From Eutreptiella sp. 'Long Island Sound 2002' (Eukaryota; Protista; Euglenida), in NCBI GenBank assembly GCA_964036045.1, contig OZ038378.1, forward strand, positions 177,568,001 to 177,632,000: 64,000 bases of DNA, written 5' to 3'. The position numbers and the translations under genes are program-made. The notes under the pieces were generated by a model. It had not been told where the DNA came from. It did not search any database and saw only the letters and a program-made list of their open reading frames with translations. This document shows, in pieces, positions 36,084 through 49,164 of this stretch (positions are counted from its first letter, which is position 1; every line of letters begins with the position of its first letter).

Positions 36084-36267
36084 CAGGCTAACATTAGAAG
36101 AGAGGGGTCTGGGACCCCAAAATTTGTGTACCAAAAATGGCCCGATCAGATTTTCCCTATTGTAAATTTCGTTTTTTCCCACCATGGTCACTTTGGTTTT
36201 TTTTGGGGGGGTGTCCCAAGGGGGTGGGGCTCCTCCTATGGGTGTCGGCGGTTCTAATGTAAGGCTG
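36084..36267. mobile_element. hAT-type MITE (184 bp), CAG...CTG ends, perfect 8-bp TSD
   Basis: CAGGCTAACATTAGAA at 36084 and TTCTAATGTAAGGCTG ending at 36267 (14/16 match). CACGCGCC at 36076-36083 and 36268-36275. The TIR resembles that of 3572-3834. Confidence 0.92.
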
Positions 36268-36288
36268 CACGCGCCGCCGCACCAAATG

Positions 36289-36290
<2 letters not shown>

Positions 36291-36350
<60 letters not shown>
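36291..36350. repeat. (CA)n microsatellite
   Basis: About 30 perfect units. Confidence 0.97.
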
Positions 36351-36351
<1 letters not shown>

Positions 36352-37729
36352 CGCGCGCGCGCACACACACACATAGAGCAGGAACATCCAGAACGAAAAA
36401 CCAAGCGTACCCCATGCTCATACAGCGAAAAATGCGCAAAGATAGGCATCTGATAGCAGCACAGACCCCATGGTACATAAAGCACCACATCAACAGTGAC
36501 CGGTGCTCAGGGGTAGTCGCAACTTGCGTTCACCACGTTATCTCTCTCCAGATCGGCAAGCACAGCGGTGTGACGTCTCACTGACATTGCCGATTTCTAG
36601 AAGAGGACCACTGCTGCACCAAGGGTCCAGCCACACAGTAACCCATTAACAGAACAAGCTATACAGCTGCAGCAGTAATACCAGCAACAATACACGCCGC
36701 CATCAGCAGCCGTGCCAAACGACAGGGAGACAGGGTCATATTGGATGCACCAATCCAATCACACACACGCGCGCGTGCGCGCACGAGAACACAAATAGAG
36801 CACACTATAAGCAGTTGGAGAAATCTCCTCAGGAGCTGCAGGGTAGCCCCAGACATCTTTGGACAGAAAGAAACACATGGAGTGGCCTGGGCGCTGGGGC
36901 GCACCCTCAGCTGAAACCCATCGCCCCCCCCCCCCCCCACCCTCTCCACTTGGGAGAGGAAAATCAAGTTCATGGGACAAGAAAGGCATATGAATGCTGG
37001 GTTTTAGGTAAAGATCCCCCACCCCTCCACCCCCGGGCTACCCATGCACCCTGAAGCCACCTCAACCGGGGAATTTGATAGGTAGGAAGAACCGTGTTTG
37101 GGGTGGGGGCAGCAGGACACAACGAATCTGACGGTTTCCTCTGCCTGTTCCCTCTTGGATACAGGACTCCTTGTGGGAAAACAGGATGGATGCGCGTGTT
37201 CCAGATGTATCCATGATTGTCTGCCAGCAGCGTACAACCGAAGTGGCAGGCCAACAATCTAGAGGAGTGGCAGTGACCTGAGCCTGCAAAGCTGTCCTCC
37301 TGTTGGAAGCAAACGAGGAAGAGGGGGGCTGGGGTCAAGGGGCAGGGGAGGAGGACGTGGTAGCACTGCCTTCGCCACGCGGCAGCACCACCTTCGGAAG
37401 GTATGTATGCTCACCGCAGGCCTGCGGGGAGGGGGTTGGACGAGAAGGAGGCGGTTCAGGAGGGGAGGGGGGGGGGGTCGAGTGGGGCGGGGGGCCTCTG
37501 CTTGTGCCGGAATCATTCGAGTGAGGGCCTGCCCCCTCCCCTCAAACTCCGACCTTACGGCCCTTGGGCAAACGTGTGGTCTTGGCCCGGTGACCTGGGC
37601 TCTGGAGAGGGGGGAGGGCAGGGATGGGGAGGGGGGATGCTCTTTGTTGTGGTTGTCGCACATGCCGGACGGGAGGGGAGTGGAGTCGAGAGGTAGAGGG
37701 TTAGGGTTAGAAGGGCTGGCAGGCGGGGC

Positions 37730-37951
37730 TCATTCCCACAAGTGAAGATTGTGGTCGCTGGACCCGCTCCACATCGTGCCCTTGAAGGGGCAGAGGCACG
37801 AGATGAACCCCACCTCACCTCCGGCGTGCGTCCGCCGCAGGCACTCCCCATTGCTGTTCCACATGCAGACGTGCTTGTCGTCCAGGGCGCTCCAGATCGT
37901 GTCATCCAGGGGCGCAAAGCACATCACGCCCCCCGCCCCAGTCTCGCACAC
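37730..37951 (-). CDS. WD40-repeat gene, last exon
   Basis: ggcctcag|GTG acceptor; VCETGAGGVMCFAPLDDTIWSALDDKHVCMW...MWSGSSDHNLHLWE*; phase 0. Confidence 0.88.
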   Translation of the reverse strand: MCETGAGGVMCFAPLDDTIWSALDDKHVCMWNSNGECLRRTHAGGEVGFISCLCPFKGTMWSGSSDHNLHLWE

Positions 37952-40479
37952 CTGAGGCCGCGGTGGGATAAGAAGACAGATGCAGGGCTGCTGGGGGTAG
38001 GCGATGAGGCGACGGATTATGGAAAGGGAGAAGGGTGCACTGTAAGAGGGAGGAGGCAGAGGGGGGAGGGGGGTGGAGGAGGGGGCTACTCAGTGCACGT
38101 CTGCCTGCTGGGCACCCCACTGCAAAGCTCCTTGATTCTGCCCCAGTGCCCAGCTTAAAATTGCTGCCCCAGTGCATCCGTCTGTGTTGGTGCTCAAGGT
38201 CACAGCTCCCTGCTGCCGCCCCCATACACAGGTTGCTGATGCTGCCCTGTTGCACACGTGCTCACAGTTCTGCCTGGTGCACAGCTCCTTCCTCCTGTGG
38301 CGGTGCACAATGCTGGCATGCTGCCACATCCACGGCTTCCTGCTTTTGCCCTGGTGCACAGCCCCATGCAGCTGCCCCGGCGTACAAGTTGCTGGTGCTG
38401 TGCACTGGTCAGTGGACAGTTCTGCTGATGCCCCAGTGATGCTGCTGCCCTGTCACCTGGTGCCTGGCACCTGCTGTGGCTGCAGTGTACACTTCCTGGT
38501 GGCCACCTTGAAGGGGGGGGGAGGGGAAGTAGAAAGGGGAGGGAGACATTGCAGTACTAGCAAGGAGCAAGGTAAGGGGAGGGAGCCTTCTACGGGGTCA
38601 CAGGGAACCGTTCACCTGGGCATATGCAGGGACTTTGCACTAGAGAATCACCAAGATGCTGTGTACAACAACAGCACAACAACAACCACAGCACAACAAC
38701 AGCACAACAACAACCACTACCACAGGACAGAGCACACCAATTGCGCTTGCAGAGGAGGCACTAGTACAGGGTACTCATAGATGTTCCATGGTTTGGGCCT
38801 CCGCTTACCGTCGCCCTTCCAAGTGGATACCCATAGGGCCTGGATGAGGACCATGCATTGTTTCGCCAGATCTGTGCACCTCATTTCACGAGGCGCACGG
38901 GGCATACAGGGGGGGAGGGGGGCTAAGAAGGCGCAGGGGGGGTTTGGCACACGAGCATAGTGGTCTGTAGTTTGTAGACAGAGTCTGCCCCAAATAGATG
39001 CGGTCTGCTAATTGTACACACTGGGGTGGGCAGGCTTTCGTCTCCGTAGGTGGGGGTTCAGCACAGCCCTCTGGCTTGACGGGTCAATTGATGGGCCCCC
39101 CAAAATCCCACCGAAACTGACCCCTGGGCCCAGAGGTGACCCCGACCCCAAATTCGGCCAAAAATGGAAATGGGTTTTTTGGAATTAGCGCGTCAAAGGG
39201 GTTCAGAAAGTCATCACTCGCCATGTATTTGGTGAAAAAAAAAAGCTTGACCATATCCAATGCTCAAAAAATTTTTAGGCACCTTTGGCGCCAGAGTTCA
39301 TTCACAGTCCCGTCAATTGAGCCCATTTCCCGACCCCCCCACAAATTTCAAGTTTTCAGGGGCTCTATCAACCCATCCCCCCCCCCCCCCTCCCGAGAGT
39401 GAATACCGGACTTCCCCTGTTGGAATGTTGTCGACGCGAAGTGACAACATTTGGGAAGGGGGCCGAAAGCCCCCTTCCCCCCAAAATGGTCCACAAAAGG
39501 CGTTTACTCATGCACATGGGCATGTCTCTCAAGCGATCTAAGCAAGCAAGGAAGGCACACAGGGGTTATTTTGGGGGGGGGGGGGGTTAGCACATTTTTG
39601 GCGGGTTTGGCGCACAGGGGGGTGGCACTACCAAGGCACGGTTGGGGGGGTGTTAGTGCTAACAAGATGCAAGGGTGAGGTGGGGGCTAATGAGGCATGT
39701 GCCTAGCCTGATTTGCGCCTGGTGTCACAAGGCGAGCAAATCCAGCGAAAAACTTCGACCGTGTCAGGGGATTGCTTAGTGATACTGCAAGGGGGGGGGG
39801 GGTCTGTCCTTCTTGGGAGTCTGGCAAGTTAGGGTTAGGGTCACCGAGCTGGTGGAACCAGTCTTGGTTGTATAACCCTCTTTAGTGTCTAGGGTGGACC
39901 TAACGGGTTTGGCAAGCAAGCAACAAGCAAGCAGCAAGCACGCGCGAAATGGGCAAAAATCACAGCTCCATCGTGGTGCTTTGGATTCGGCCAAAATTTT
40001 GGTGGATGGTACCTATGGGTGTGAGGGACAACCTCACAAAGTATGAGCCACAAACTCAACGGTGGCGGCCGGGAACAGGCATCGCAAGTACCGGACCTCC
40101 ATTTCAAAATCTGCAATTTAGGCCCAAAATCAGCCTTTTTTTGCCCAAAACCGCCATAGAACCTGCTGAAAACGGCCAAAAGAAGGGAAGCAGTGGCCAC
40201 TCACATGCAGCTAGACTTCCTTGTGCCGAAGGGCCCTCTAGGGCCCTCTAACTCCACACTATGTCCGCGAACCGCCCCCAAAAGGCCCCCAAAAGCCCCA
40301 AGATTTGTGCACATTGGCCACCGACAGCCCCAAACCAAAAAGAGACCATATCTTGGGCTACATGGCTCAAAACGCAATTTCGAGTGCACCTAATCCACCT
40401 GCAACCACCCACTTTTGGTGGTTTCCACCCCTCAAAATTGCCCTAACCGACGCCTAGACCCCTGCACCTAGGCCCAGTG

Positions 40480-41270
40480 GGCTGCAGCAAGCTGCAAGAG
40501 GTAGCCCAAAGAGGTGGGTGCCAAAATGGGTCAACAAAGTCCGAGTCCAAAAAAATGACTTTTTTCAAAAATGATCTTGGACCACATGGAATGCCAAAAC
40601 AAGTGTTTCTGGCGCGTTTTGAGCTCATTGTGGCCCGTTGTGGCCCTCCTAAAATCCCAAAATGCCTTGAAAAGGGGCTGTTTTGGGACAAAAAATTGGT
40701 CACAAATGGGTGAAAAATGGGTCAAAAATGGGTCTAAAATGGGTCAAAAATGGGTTTTTGCAAAAATAATCCTACACCATTTGGGGTGCCTAAAAAAGTG
40801 GAATGAGCCCGTTTTCAGCCCAATGCAAGCCATTTTGGCCACTCCAAAGTCACAAAATGCCTTGAAAATGGGGTCTTTTGCGACAAAAAATGGGTCAAAA
40901 ATGGGTCAAAAACTTGTTTTTCCAAAAATGATCCTACACCATTTGGGGTACCTAAACAAGTGAAATGAGCCCCTTTTGAGCCCATTGCAAGCCATTTTGG
41001 CCACTCCAAAGTCACAATATGCCTTGAAAAGGGGCTGTTTTGGGACGAAAAATCAGTCAAAAATGGATCAAAATGTGTTTTTCCAAAGATACTTTTGGAC
41101 TATTTGGGGTGCACAAACAAGTGGAATGAGCCCATTTTGAGCCCATGTTGAGCAATTTTGGCCCCTCTCAAGGCCAAAAGGGGCCTTGAAAATGGGCCAC
41201 TTTGGGACCACAAATGGCTCAAAAACGGGTCAAAACCATGGTTTTCCAAACATGATCCCAGTCCAATTGT
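40480..41270. repeat. Tandem array of ~162-bp units, AT-rich, with internal AAATGGGTCAA 11-mers
   Basis: The anchor CCTTGAAAA recurs at 40665, 40860, 41022 and 41184 (spacings 195, 162, 162). Confidence 0.85.
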
Positions 41271-42959
41271 GGTGCCCAAACGGATGAATATACTCATATA
41301 CTCATTTTGAGCCCCATTTGAGCCGCTCTCGTGCGTACTCGTGCGTACCTCATTTGTCATTAAAGTCTCCTACACAATGTTCCTTCCCCCACCAGCTCAG
41401 TCCCAATATTCAATCCTAGTTCAGGTTAACCCTTGACCCCCCCTCGAGATCAGAAAATTTTGCCTTAGGGGAAAAATGAATTTTGTTCACCAGAAAATGG
41501 AGGCCGATTTTTGGTACACAAATTTTTTCGTGGCCTCAGAACCCGCCCCCCCCCCCCCCCCCCCCCGGAGGTAGTATCAACCAGCCAGTAAGCAGTCCCC
41601 GCCACCTTCTCCTTCTCACAACCAGCTGATCACATTCGCACCCTGCATGGGGTGTACTAGAAACCAATTTGACAGACAGGCCTCTATGTTTAAATCTTTT
41701 TGGAACCCACATTTCCCTTGCCTGGTGGCCTGAAGCATCCGCCTTCTTTGTACATCCATTTTGTCTACCGGCATGAGGATTGGCGCCACAGTTCGATCTG
41801 CAAGCCGCATCTACTCCAAGACCTGGATATTCCAAGAGCTTTCTGAGCCTACATATGGACACGATTTTGAGTGGTCAAAGAGCCGATTGAGGTTTGCATG
41901 TATAGAGTCAAATTGGAAGGAAAATCAGATGGCCTCGTCTGGTTTCACGCTTTCAGTAAGAGCTTCACTTGAGAGGGTACGTTTGCCCGGCAGGCGCCCG
42001 GCGCGCCCAGCATCCAAATGAATGTTCCGGCCATCTATCACAATGCTTTACCCCCAAACATCACTCCCTCTTCTAGCCCAGGAACCCTAAGCACAAGCAC
42101 ATTGTATGACTGTTGGCAATCAAATATTCCCATTTTTTTGCCCAACAAATAGGACGATCACATGCACCCTGCCCTTGTGGGCCCCATCATGGCCACCCAC
42201 CGCAAAATCAAAGAATCCCCTTCTTGTACGTGACACCCTGAAGAGTGGGCGTCCTTGACCCCAACTCGAGGGGCCACACCAAAGTGTGGGAAAACTTTGC
42301 CCAGCGCGCCTGGCGCGTGCCTGGCGCGCTAACGTACTCTCTGAGACAACAATAGACCCAAACCTTTCGATGGTCATCAAAAATATGACAGGTTGCCAAG
42401 TGCACCCAAGGACATCACGCATTGCAACGCCACAAGCGTGTGTGTGGCCTGTCGCTGAGAGTGAGCACGGGCACATTCCGGGGATGTGCAGTTTCTGTGA
42501 GCGCCCTCCGAAACCTTTGCGCATCGGTTTCAGCTGCATGTGCAATGATTTTGTGAAATTACAAAATGTTGACCGCATTATTGCCAAATAATTTCTACGG
42601 GGGACGTAAGAATGTCGCGGGCAAGAGAGGGTATTTTATTATTGAAATTCACTATTTCATGAACACAAATCTACAGCTACGGGTTAAATGCATGCTTCTG
42701 CTCCCCCCATGCGACTCCATGCAACTCCCAAAGGTGATTCTCCCGATTTTTCCTCTGGAGCATATCAAAGGGTCAATGGTAAACTGCCGCTTCGCACAGA
42801 AAATTAAACAATATGACTTGCCATAGTCAGCATGAATACTCCGTTCTATCTTTCCTTTGGGCCGCAACATCCATTTGTGACACTTCCTTTGAGTAGCACT
42901 AACTGGGCACTTCATCTTCGACAACCCTCTGGAAACAACCTTTTAGCTGGGTCTGGCAC

Positions 42960-43297
42960 CAGTGACCTGGATGGCATGTCGGGAGGGATGAGATATTGTC
43001 GGGACCACCCGCCACCCGGCCTGACGGCCGGGAGACAGCCCCAGCAGAGCGGCCGGACGCCCTGCAGCCCCATGCTCAGGGGTTGACTACGAGCTTTTCA
43101 ACAGCAGCAACATTTGTATACGCTCTTGGAGCTGGAATTACCGCAGCTGCTGGCACCAGACTTGCCCTCCAGTTGATACTCATTGCTGCGTTTGGATAGC
43201 ATTCATTGCGGAGTCCCACCCACCACACAGGGTGAGCAGGGCTGCTATGGCTCGTCGCTGTCTCGCCAGACCAGTGTCGGCAGTGGACAATTTGCGC
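42960..43297 (-). rRNA. Isolated 18S rRNA fragment (V3 through the 530 loop into V4), euglenid-type; left boundary uncertain
   Basis: Minus strand GCGCAAATT...GAGTATCAACTGGAGGGCAAGTCTGGTGCCAGCAGCTGCGGTAATTCCAGCTCCAAGAGCGTATAC...GCTCGTAGTC. Homology ends abruptly at 43297, where GGCGCGCAAATT would be expected. Confidence 0.9.
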
Positions 43298-43729
43298 AAG
43301 GAAGGAGACAAGGGAATCACTGTCAGGCCTGTTGGTGCTCAGCCACCAGTTGAAAGTGCTGCTGGAATCTCAAAACCCCTCACCTGGTTCTCCTCGTTTT
43401 CCCTGCCCCTATCCCTGCCCCTTCCCCTTGCCTGCGCCTCTGCCTCCCTCTTGATTCTCTCATCTTCTTATCCCCTCATACTGTCGGCCGTGATTCTCTC
43501 GTGACTGCGTCACCTGATCCCCTGATCCCCTGATTTCTGCATCGGCCTCATTTCCCCTTGATTTCAGGAGCTGTGCGGTGAGGCCGTGGCCGTCCGTTTA
43601 CGAGCGCCCCGTGAAAAAGAAAAAAAAAAGAGTGCAACAGATGTCACAGCCACAGCCATAGCAGGTCGCTAGGGTGAAAACCTGCCCGGAGAGGACGGGG
43701 AGGGCACAGGGGAAACGCAGTGCAGCCAC

Positions 43730-43945
43730 CTTAACATTTTCCCCCTTCTTGTTCCAGATGCCAATGCGGGAGTCGGCACCGCCGCTCCAGATGTTGTCAC
43801 CCACAATGAGGAGGCAGTTCACGGCGCCCTCGTGCCCCCGGCAGTACTTGACGCACACCCCCTGCGTGTCCCACACACGGATGGAGCCGTTCTCCGAGCC
43901 GCTCCACAGCCTGTTCTCAAAAGCCATCAGGCAATTCACGCGGTC
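43730..43945 (-). CDS. WD40-repeat gene exon
   Basis: tttgtgcag| to AAG|gtggct; 72 codons, DRVNCLMAFENRLWSGSENGSIRVWD...GHEGAVNCL...IGIWNKKGENVK. Confidence 0.92.
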
Positions 43946-46900
43946 CTGCACAAAGGGCATTCACATGGGTGCCCGGCTTTGCATCGATGTGTGCACATGC
44001 TGCACGGGCCACTTATAGGGATCGACGGGGGCCCATGCGACCACGTTGTCGTTGACAGGGGCAAATGGAACGAAGGGTAACAAACATAAGCCCACAACAA
44101 GTACCATCCATTCATGAACAAGGAACAGCAACTGTATACAACCTTTATTGCACATCATTACACATTGAATGCCACTGTGCACTATGACATGTGCACATAC
44201 GTGCACTACATGCCTTTTGTGTACAAACGCACTCATGCAATGGGCCTATTTCGTGGAGACCAAAGCTTCACAAGCAGTGGAGTGTCGGATAGACAGAGGC
44301 AGAGGCTGTGGACTGTGGATTGTGGGATTGCATTCCACAAAATAGAGATATGATACACAGTCATTGCTCTCCGATGTGCATGCTGGAGGGTGTTTGCGAC
44401 CACTGGACCCTGGCCTGAGCCTCTGGTTGCCCGCTGCCTGCTCCAGTTTGTGTGGCAGGGTGTGTTGATCTCCATCCGTCGCTCATGCTCCCTCCCCTCG
44501 CCACCAGACTCTGGACCGAGCCCCTCGCTACTCGCTGCCCACTCCAGAGTGTACCAAGGTTCGAAGTGGCAGCCTCTGGCCGCCGTTGTCTCGCCGCCAC
44601 GTTCCGTCCTCTGGCCACTAAAATCTGGGCCGAGCCTATCACTACTCGCTTGCCTTGCGGGGGGCTTGTCCTGATGGGCAAGGCACAGGCTGGGGAATGA
44701 TGACCCACCATCTCTTTTGCCATGGCGGCGGCCCATTGGTACACCCCCAACCACCATACCGCCTGTCCCCTACTACATTGGCTCTTTCTCCACCCCCATG
44801 TGCCCAAGCATGCGGCACACGCACGCGGACTAGGGGCCCTGGGTGCAGTATGTCACCCTCTCGATCTACCACTGTGTCGTCGTCCCTCTCCCTCCCTTAC
44901 TGGCCCACTCAGATGCCTTCACCGCCTTTGCACTCCATAGCATCTCCTATGCGGGGCCACTCTTGCACCTTGTGCATTTCGTCCCTTGTGCATTAGCCAC
45001 ACTGGGCCGTCACACCATATAGGCGCATCGCTTGTCGGGCCACCGCAATGCCCATATGGGCGTCGTCTCGTCGCTCACACCTGGATACCTACACATGGGG
45101 GAGCCCACACTACACTCACCGACGGCAAACACATGGTCCGTATGGCCAGCAAACACATGGTCTATGTGGCCTGCATAGGCGTCTCGGGTGTTGTCACTCT
45201 CGGGAAGCTCTTCAGTAGCCCCGGCTAGCACGAGCCCCTCCGGTTGCCACTCCATTTCCCATGCTATCACATTCACCACCCTTGCTTTGTAAGCACCGCT
45301 TGTTAGGCAAGTCATGAGGCATGGGGCCGAGTCAAGGTCAGCACTGTTAATCAGGGACCCGAGTTCAACGAGGTAACACTCTGAGAGCATCAAGAGATCC
45401 AAGAGACACTGTGCTGCCCTCCCTGTTTCTCTGTGGTTGTTGTAGCGGGGGCCCTCGTGCTCTCCCCTGCTACCATGCCGGCTTGGCCCTCGTGGCCACC
45501 AGGCGTTGTTCACCTTTTATTTGGACCCTTCGTGGCCCCAGGACCCGGCCCCTCGGCGCGGGGGGGGGGGGGCTCTTGGGGGGAGCCCCACCCCACTACA
45601 TCCCTGCTACCACCCACCTAGGATGTCAATATGATCCCAGGGATGTCAATACGACCCTGCCCTCCCCATGCACCTTGCACAAGACTAACACCACACAAAC
45701 GAATGCTGCCCAACAAATGGCTAGCGAGTGGCAGTCAGCGGCCACCATGGAATGGGCGGGCCACGAAAGGGGTTCACCAAGAGTTTGGCACCCCCAGCGC
45801 ACGGGTAATACAGCAAAAGCACGAGCGAAGGGCACTAATTTGAATCCCAGTACACGCACGAGCCATGTGTATTTTCTTCGAGACGATGAGCAGATGGGTG
45901 AACAGTGGTAGGTGTTGGCGCTCGGGCCGCCTCCTTTCCCTAGAGATAGAGGCGCAAGTATTGCGGGCAGGGCCCGGAGCGCGAGTATGCGAGTGTGTAA
46001 AGTGTACACGTCCCAGGGGTGGCACCAACCTAACACCCCTGGTCTCACCATGGCTCGTGTGAGGCGCATGGGCCACGGGCCTGGTGTCCCTAGAACTAGA
46101 ACTCCAACTAGAACCAGAATCAACCTCACACTAAAGGCGCCAAGGTAGCCATTTGGTTTGTGGTCGGTACACTCTAACATAAATTGAGGGGGATCAAAAT
46201 GCGCCACCTTGATGTGCCAAATGCAGGGTTCCTCGTGCACTTGTAGGGCCAAGAGAAGGCTAGTGACTTGGTGCCTAGTAGAGGGCTAGCACCGTGAGAA
46301 TGAGGGTTGCCCAGTAGACGGCTGGTGACTTGGGTGCTCGGTAGAGGGCTGGCGCTGAGTGAAAGAGTGTTGCCTAGCAGAAGGCTAGTGACGCGGGTGT
46401 CGGGCGCCAACTAAGCGCCGAGGATGCAGAGGGTGACGAGAACCACATGTTGGTGTAGCGTGGTGGTGTAGCAGTTTGTAGCGGGCTGAAAGACTGCCAT
46501 AGTGGCACCGGCAAGGATTGGGCGCCATGCCCTGGTCCTGTGCCTCAACCACCAAGACAAACCCCTGCTAGGCCATGCGTGCCTCAACCACTAAGACAAA
46601 CCTCTGCCAAGCCATGCTTTGGCCAACGGCGGACCAGGGTGGCAAGCGAACTTCATGACGTGATGACACAGGCCAAGTAGAAAAACTCGACGGCGGAAGG
46701 CGGTAGGCAGGTGTGTGTGGCCAAATGGTAAGACACAAGATGCGCGGTTCGAAGGACACCGGTCTAAATCCTAGAACACACTAGAGCCCGCACCAAGTAG
46801 TGAGAGGCTCGGTCTAGAGTCTAGTGGCTAGGGGAAAGGATGCGGCATCTGGATAGCAACAATCATAGGTCACCAATTCGAACCTTGGTATACACCGGAG

Positions 46901-48280
46901 CGGGCAGCATTCATGGCACCCGATCGGGGTGCCATGGGGATCATCGTTACTCATACACGTTGAGTGCCACCTGAAAATCTTTATCCTTACTAAGCATTTA
47001 TGGCACCTCCCCCCCCAACCCATGGCCTTAGGCTTGATGCACCACGTGAGGTGCCCCCTGAACCAAAACCGGAACCACCCCTCCCGTGATGACAACATGA
47101 CAATTACAAATTTTGGTAGGCCAATTTTGGCCAATGTTGGCCAACTTTTGACCCTTGAAAACACCAGTGATTATTGGCCCCCACCACATCTACATCTTCG
47201 TGTTCAGCACTTTCCACTGATGAATTTGATGGGCCTCGTGACATTTTTGAGAAAAACTTTTTGAGAGTTTGGACCACTTGTGGTCTCGCGGAAAAAAATT
47301 CGGCGGCTTCGGTGTAGAAATTTGCCCTTCACCATAAGAGGGACAAAGGAGTTTCATGCCGAAATTTACCCTTGACCAAGAGAAGGACAAGGGAGTTTCA
47401 TATAGTTCTGTAATCTTCATTTCGTCATCTCGGGCCCCTCAGAGCCGTGCCCCCAACCCCATCCCCACCCCCAACCCCCAACCCCCAACTCCCACCAAAA
47501 TAAATAGGGTACTACTGTATCCATCCCTGAGTGGCGGTCATTTTGATATCCTAACAGGTCGTTGAGGTTGAGGTTGCAAAATCCTTCCGCAAGTATCCAT
47601 GAATTTCCATGATATTTCCCCGCATAAGGGTAACGGTCACAGTTGACACTCAAACATCAGACATATACAACACACAACATCAAATGCGGACAAAAATTGG
47701 AATGGATGACTGAAAGAGTCCAAGTGAATGGACGACAATGGGGCATCACAGGAATTTGCTGAGCCGTTCCTCCTCATCACCATTGTAAAACATGTTGAAA
47801 TATTGCCTTGAGCTCGCCCAACAGGCATCGAAGGTTGTTGCTGACCACGGTGAAAGGCTTGCAGGGATAGCGGTGTGCATTCTCCTCTCTCTCCCTAGGG
47901 TACCTGCTCGCAGGCCTGCATGTCCAGACCTGTCCCCCACGGAAAACTTGGGCTTGAGGCTGCCGCCCCGCTGGCGGCCCCTAGGGTGCTTTCCATTGCC
48001 AAACCCGCTCCGCTGACGGTAGAGAGGTTTGATCCGGCGACAATTCCACTTTGAGGCATGCATGCTGCCGCCAGCACACCTTCCTGGTCCACGGCAGGGG
48101 CGCTGCACACAGGATGAACCTCCTCCTTCTGATTGTCCCACCTGAGCCCGACTGTTATCTGCCATACACAGGCACACACACGCACGTGCACACACACACA
48201 CACACACACGACACACGATCCATCCGCAGACCGTCTGCCAGAGGTATCATGCCCCCGATGCCTACAAAACCAAGACACAC

Positions 48281-48601
48281 CTCATGCCCCCGCAGTTCCC
48301 GGCGGAACTCCCCATTGGGGCCCCAGATGCGAATCGTCCCGTCCTCAGCGGCGCTGCAGACCCTCCCGTTAAAGACGGTGAAGCAGCGCACGGCCGCATC
48401 GTGCCCCTCAGTGTCCTTCACCAGGGCCCCCTGCTCCCCCCAAATGGCGACACCTCCGTCATCCGCGCCGCTCCACATGGCGTCGCCGAAGGGCTGCAGG
48501 CACCCAATCGCACCCCCGAGGACCGCGCTCGTGTGGACGCACTCCCCGGCGTGACTCCAGATCCGGAACGTCTTGTCGTAAGACCCGGTCCACACATTGC
48601 C
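48281..48601 (-). CDS. WD40-repeat gene exon
   Basis: tgtgcgcag| to GAG|gtgtgt; 107 codons, GNVWTGSYDKTFRIWS...GHDAAVRCF...TIRIWG...RGHE. Confidence 0.92.
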
Positions 48602-49164
48602 CTGCGCACAGGATGCGGTTGTGGGCGTCAGGAGGGCTGGGGCTTCGGTTGGGGACTAGTCTCGACCAATGCTGTGCCTAGTTTCAGGCTCCAGCCAGGG
48701 CCTGGGTCAGGCTCGGGCTAAGGCGTGGGCTAGCGAGGGCTGGCTTGGAGAAGGCCTCGGGCCAGGGCTGACACATCAATAAGTGGGGTCAAACAATCAC
48801 ACATCCCTCGGTAGAGCCTTGAATACTCCTCCCCAAGCACACATCTCTATGTGGAGCTCGGGAGCCCCACCCCAGCACATCTCTGGGTAGAGCCCGACCC
48901 GAGCCCCACCCCAGCACACACCCTGAGGCGGCCAGCGCTCAAATTTCAACGTGCACCTTCTTCAGCAGCTCGGCCGCGATACCCAGTCCTGGTTGGGTAG
49001 GGCTCGGTCTAGGGCTAGGGATGAGGGCTGGGGCTGGGACTAGGGCTAGAGGGCTGGGGTTAGGGCGAGGGGTGAGGGCTGGGGCTAGGGCTATTGGGGA
49101 TGGGGCTAGGGCTGGGGTTGGGGCAAAGGCTAAGGCGAGGGCAAGGAGCTGCACTGGTCAGGAC

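Noticed and set aside
37697-37710. TTAGGG repeats here and at ~39830
   Set aside because: Only two units each, within generic GGGYTR-type hexamer tracts (also ~48980-49140 and ~54420-54640); not an interstitial telomere.
38090-38500. Possible extra WD40 exon in the last intron
   Set aside because: No WD motifs, stops in the candidate frames, and the 43730 and 37951 exons already join in phase. It looks like a degenerate local duplication.
46395-46415. TGGCGCCCGAC on the minus strand, resembling a tRNA-Lys primer-binding site
   Set aside because: No adjacent LTR end was found, the gag-like remnants (~46900-47420) lie upstream of it rather than downstream, and TGGCGCC is common in this window.
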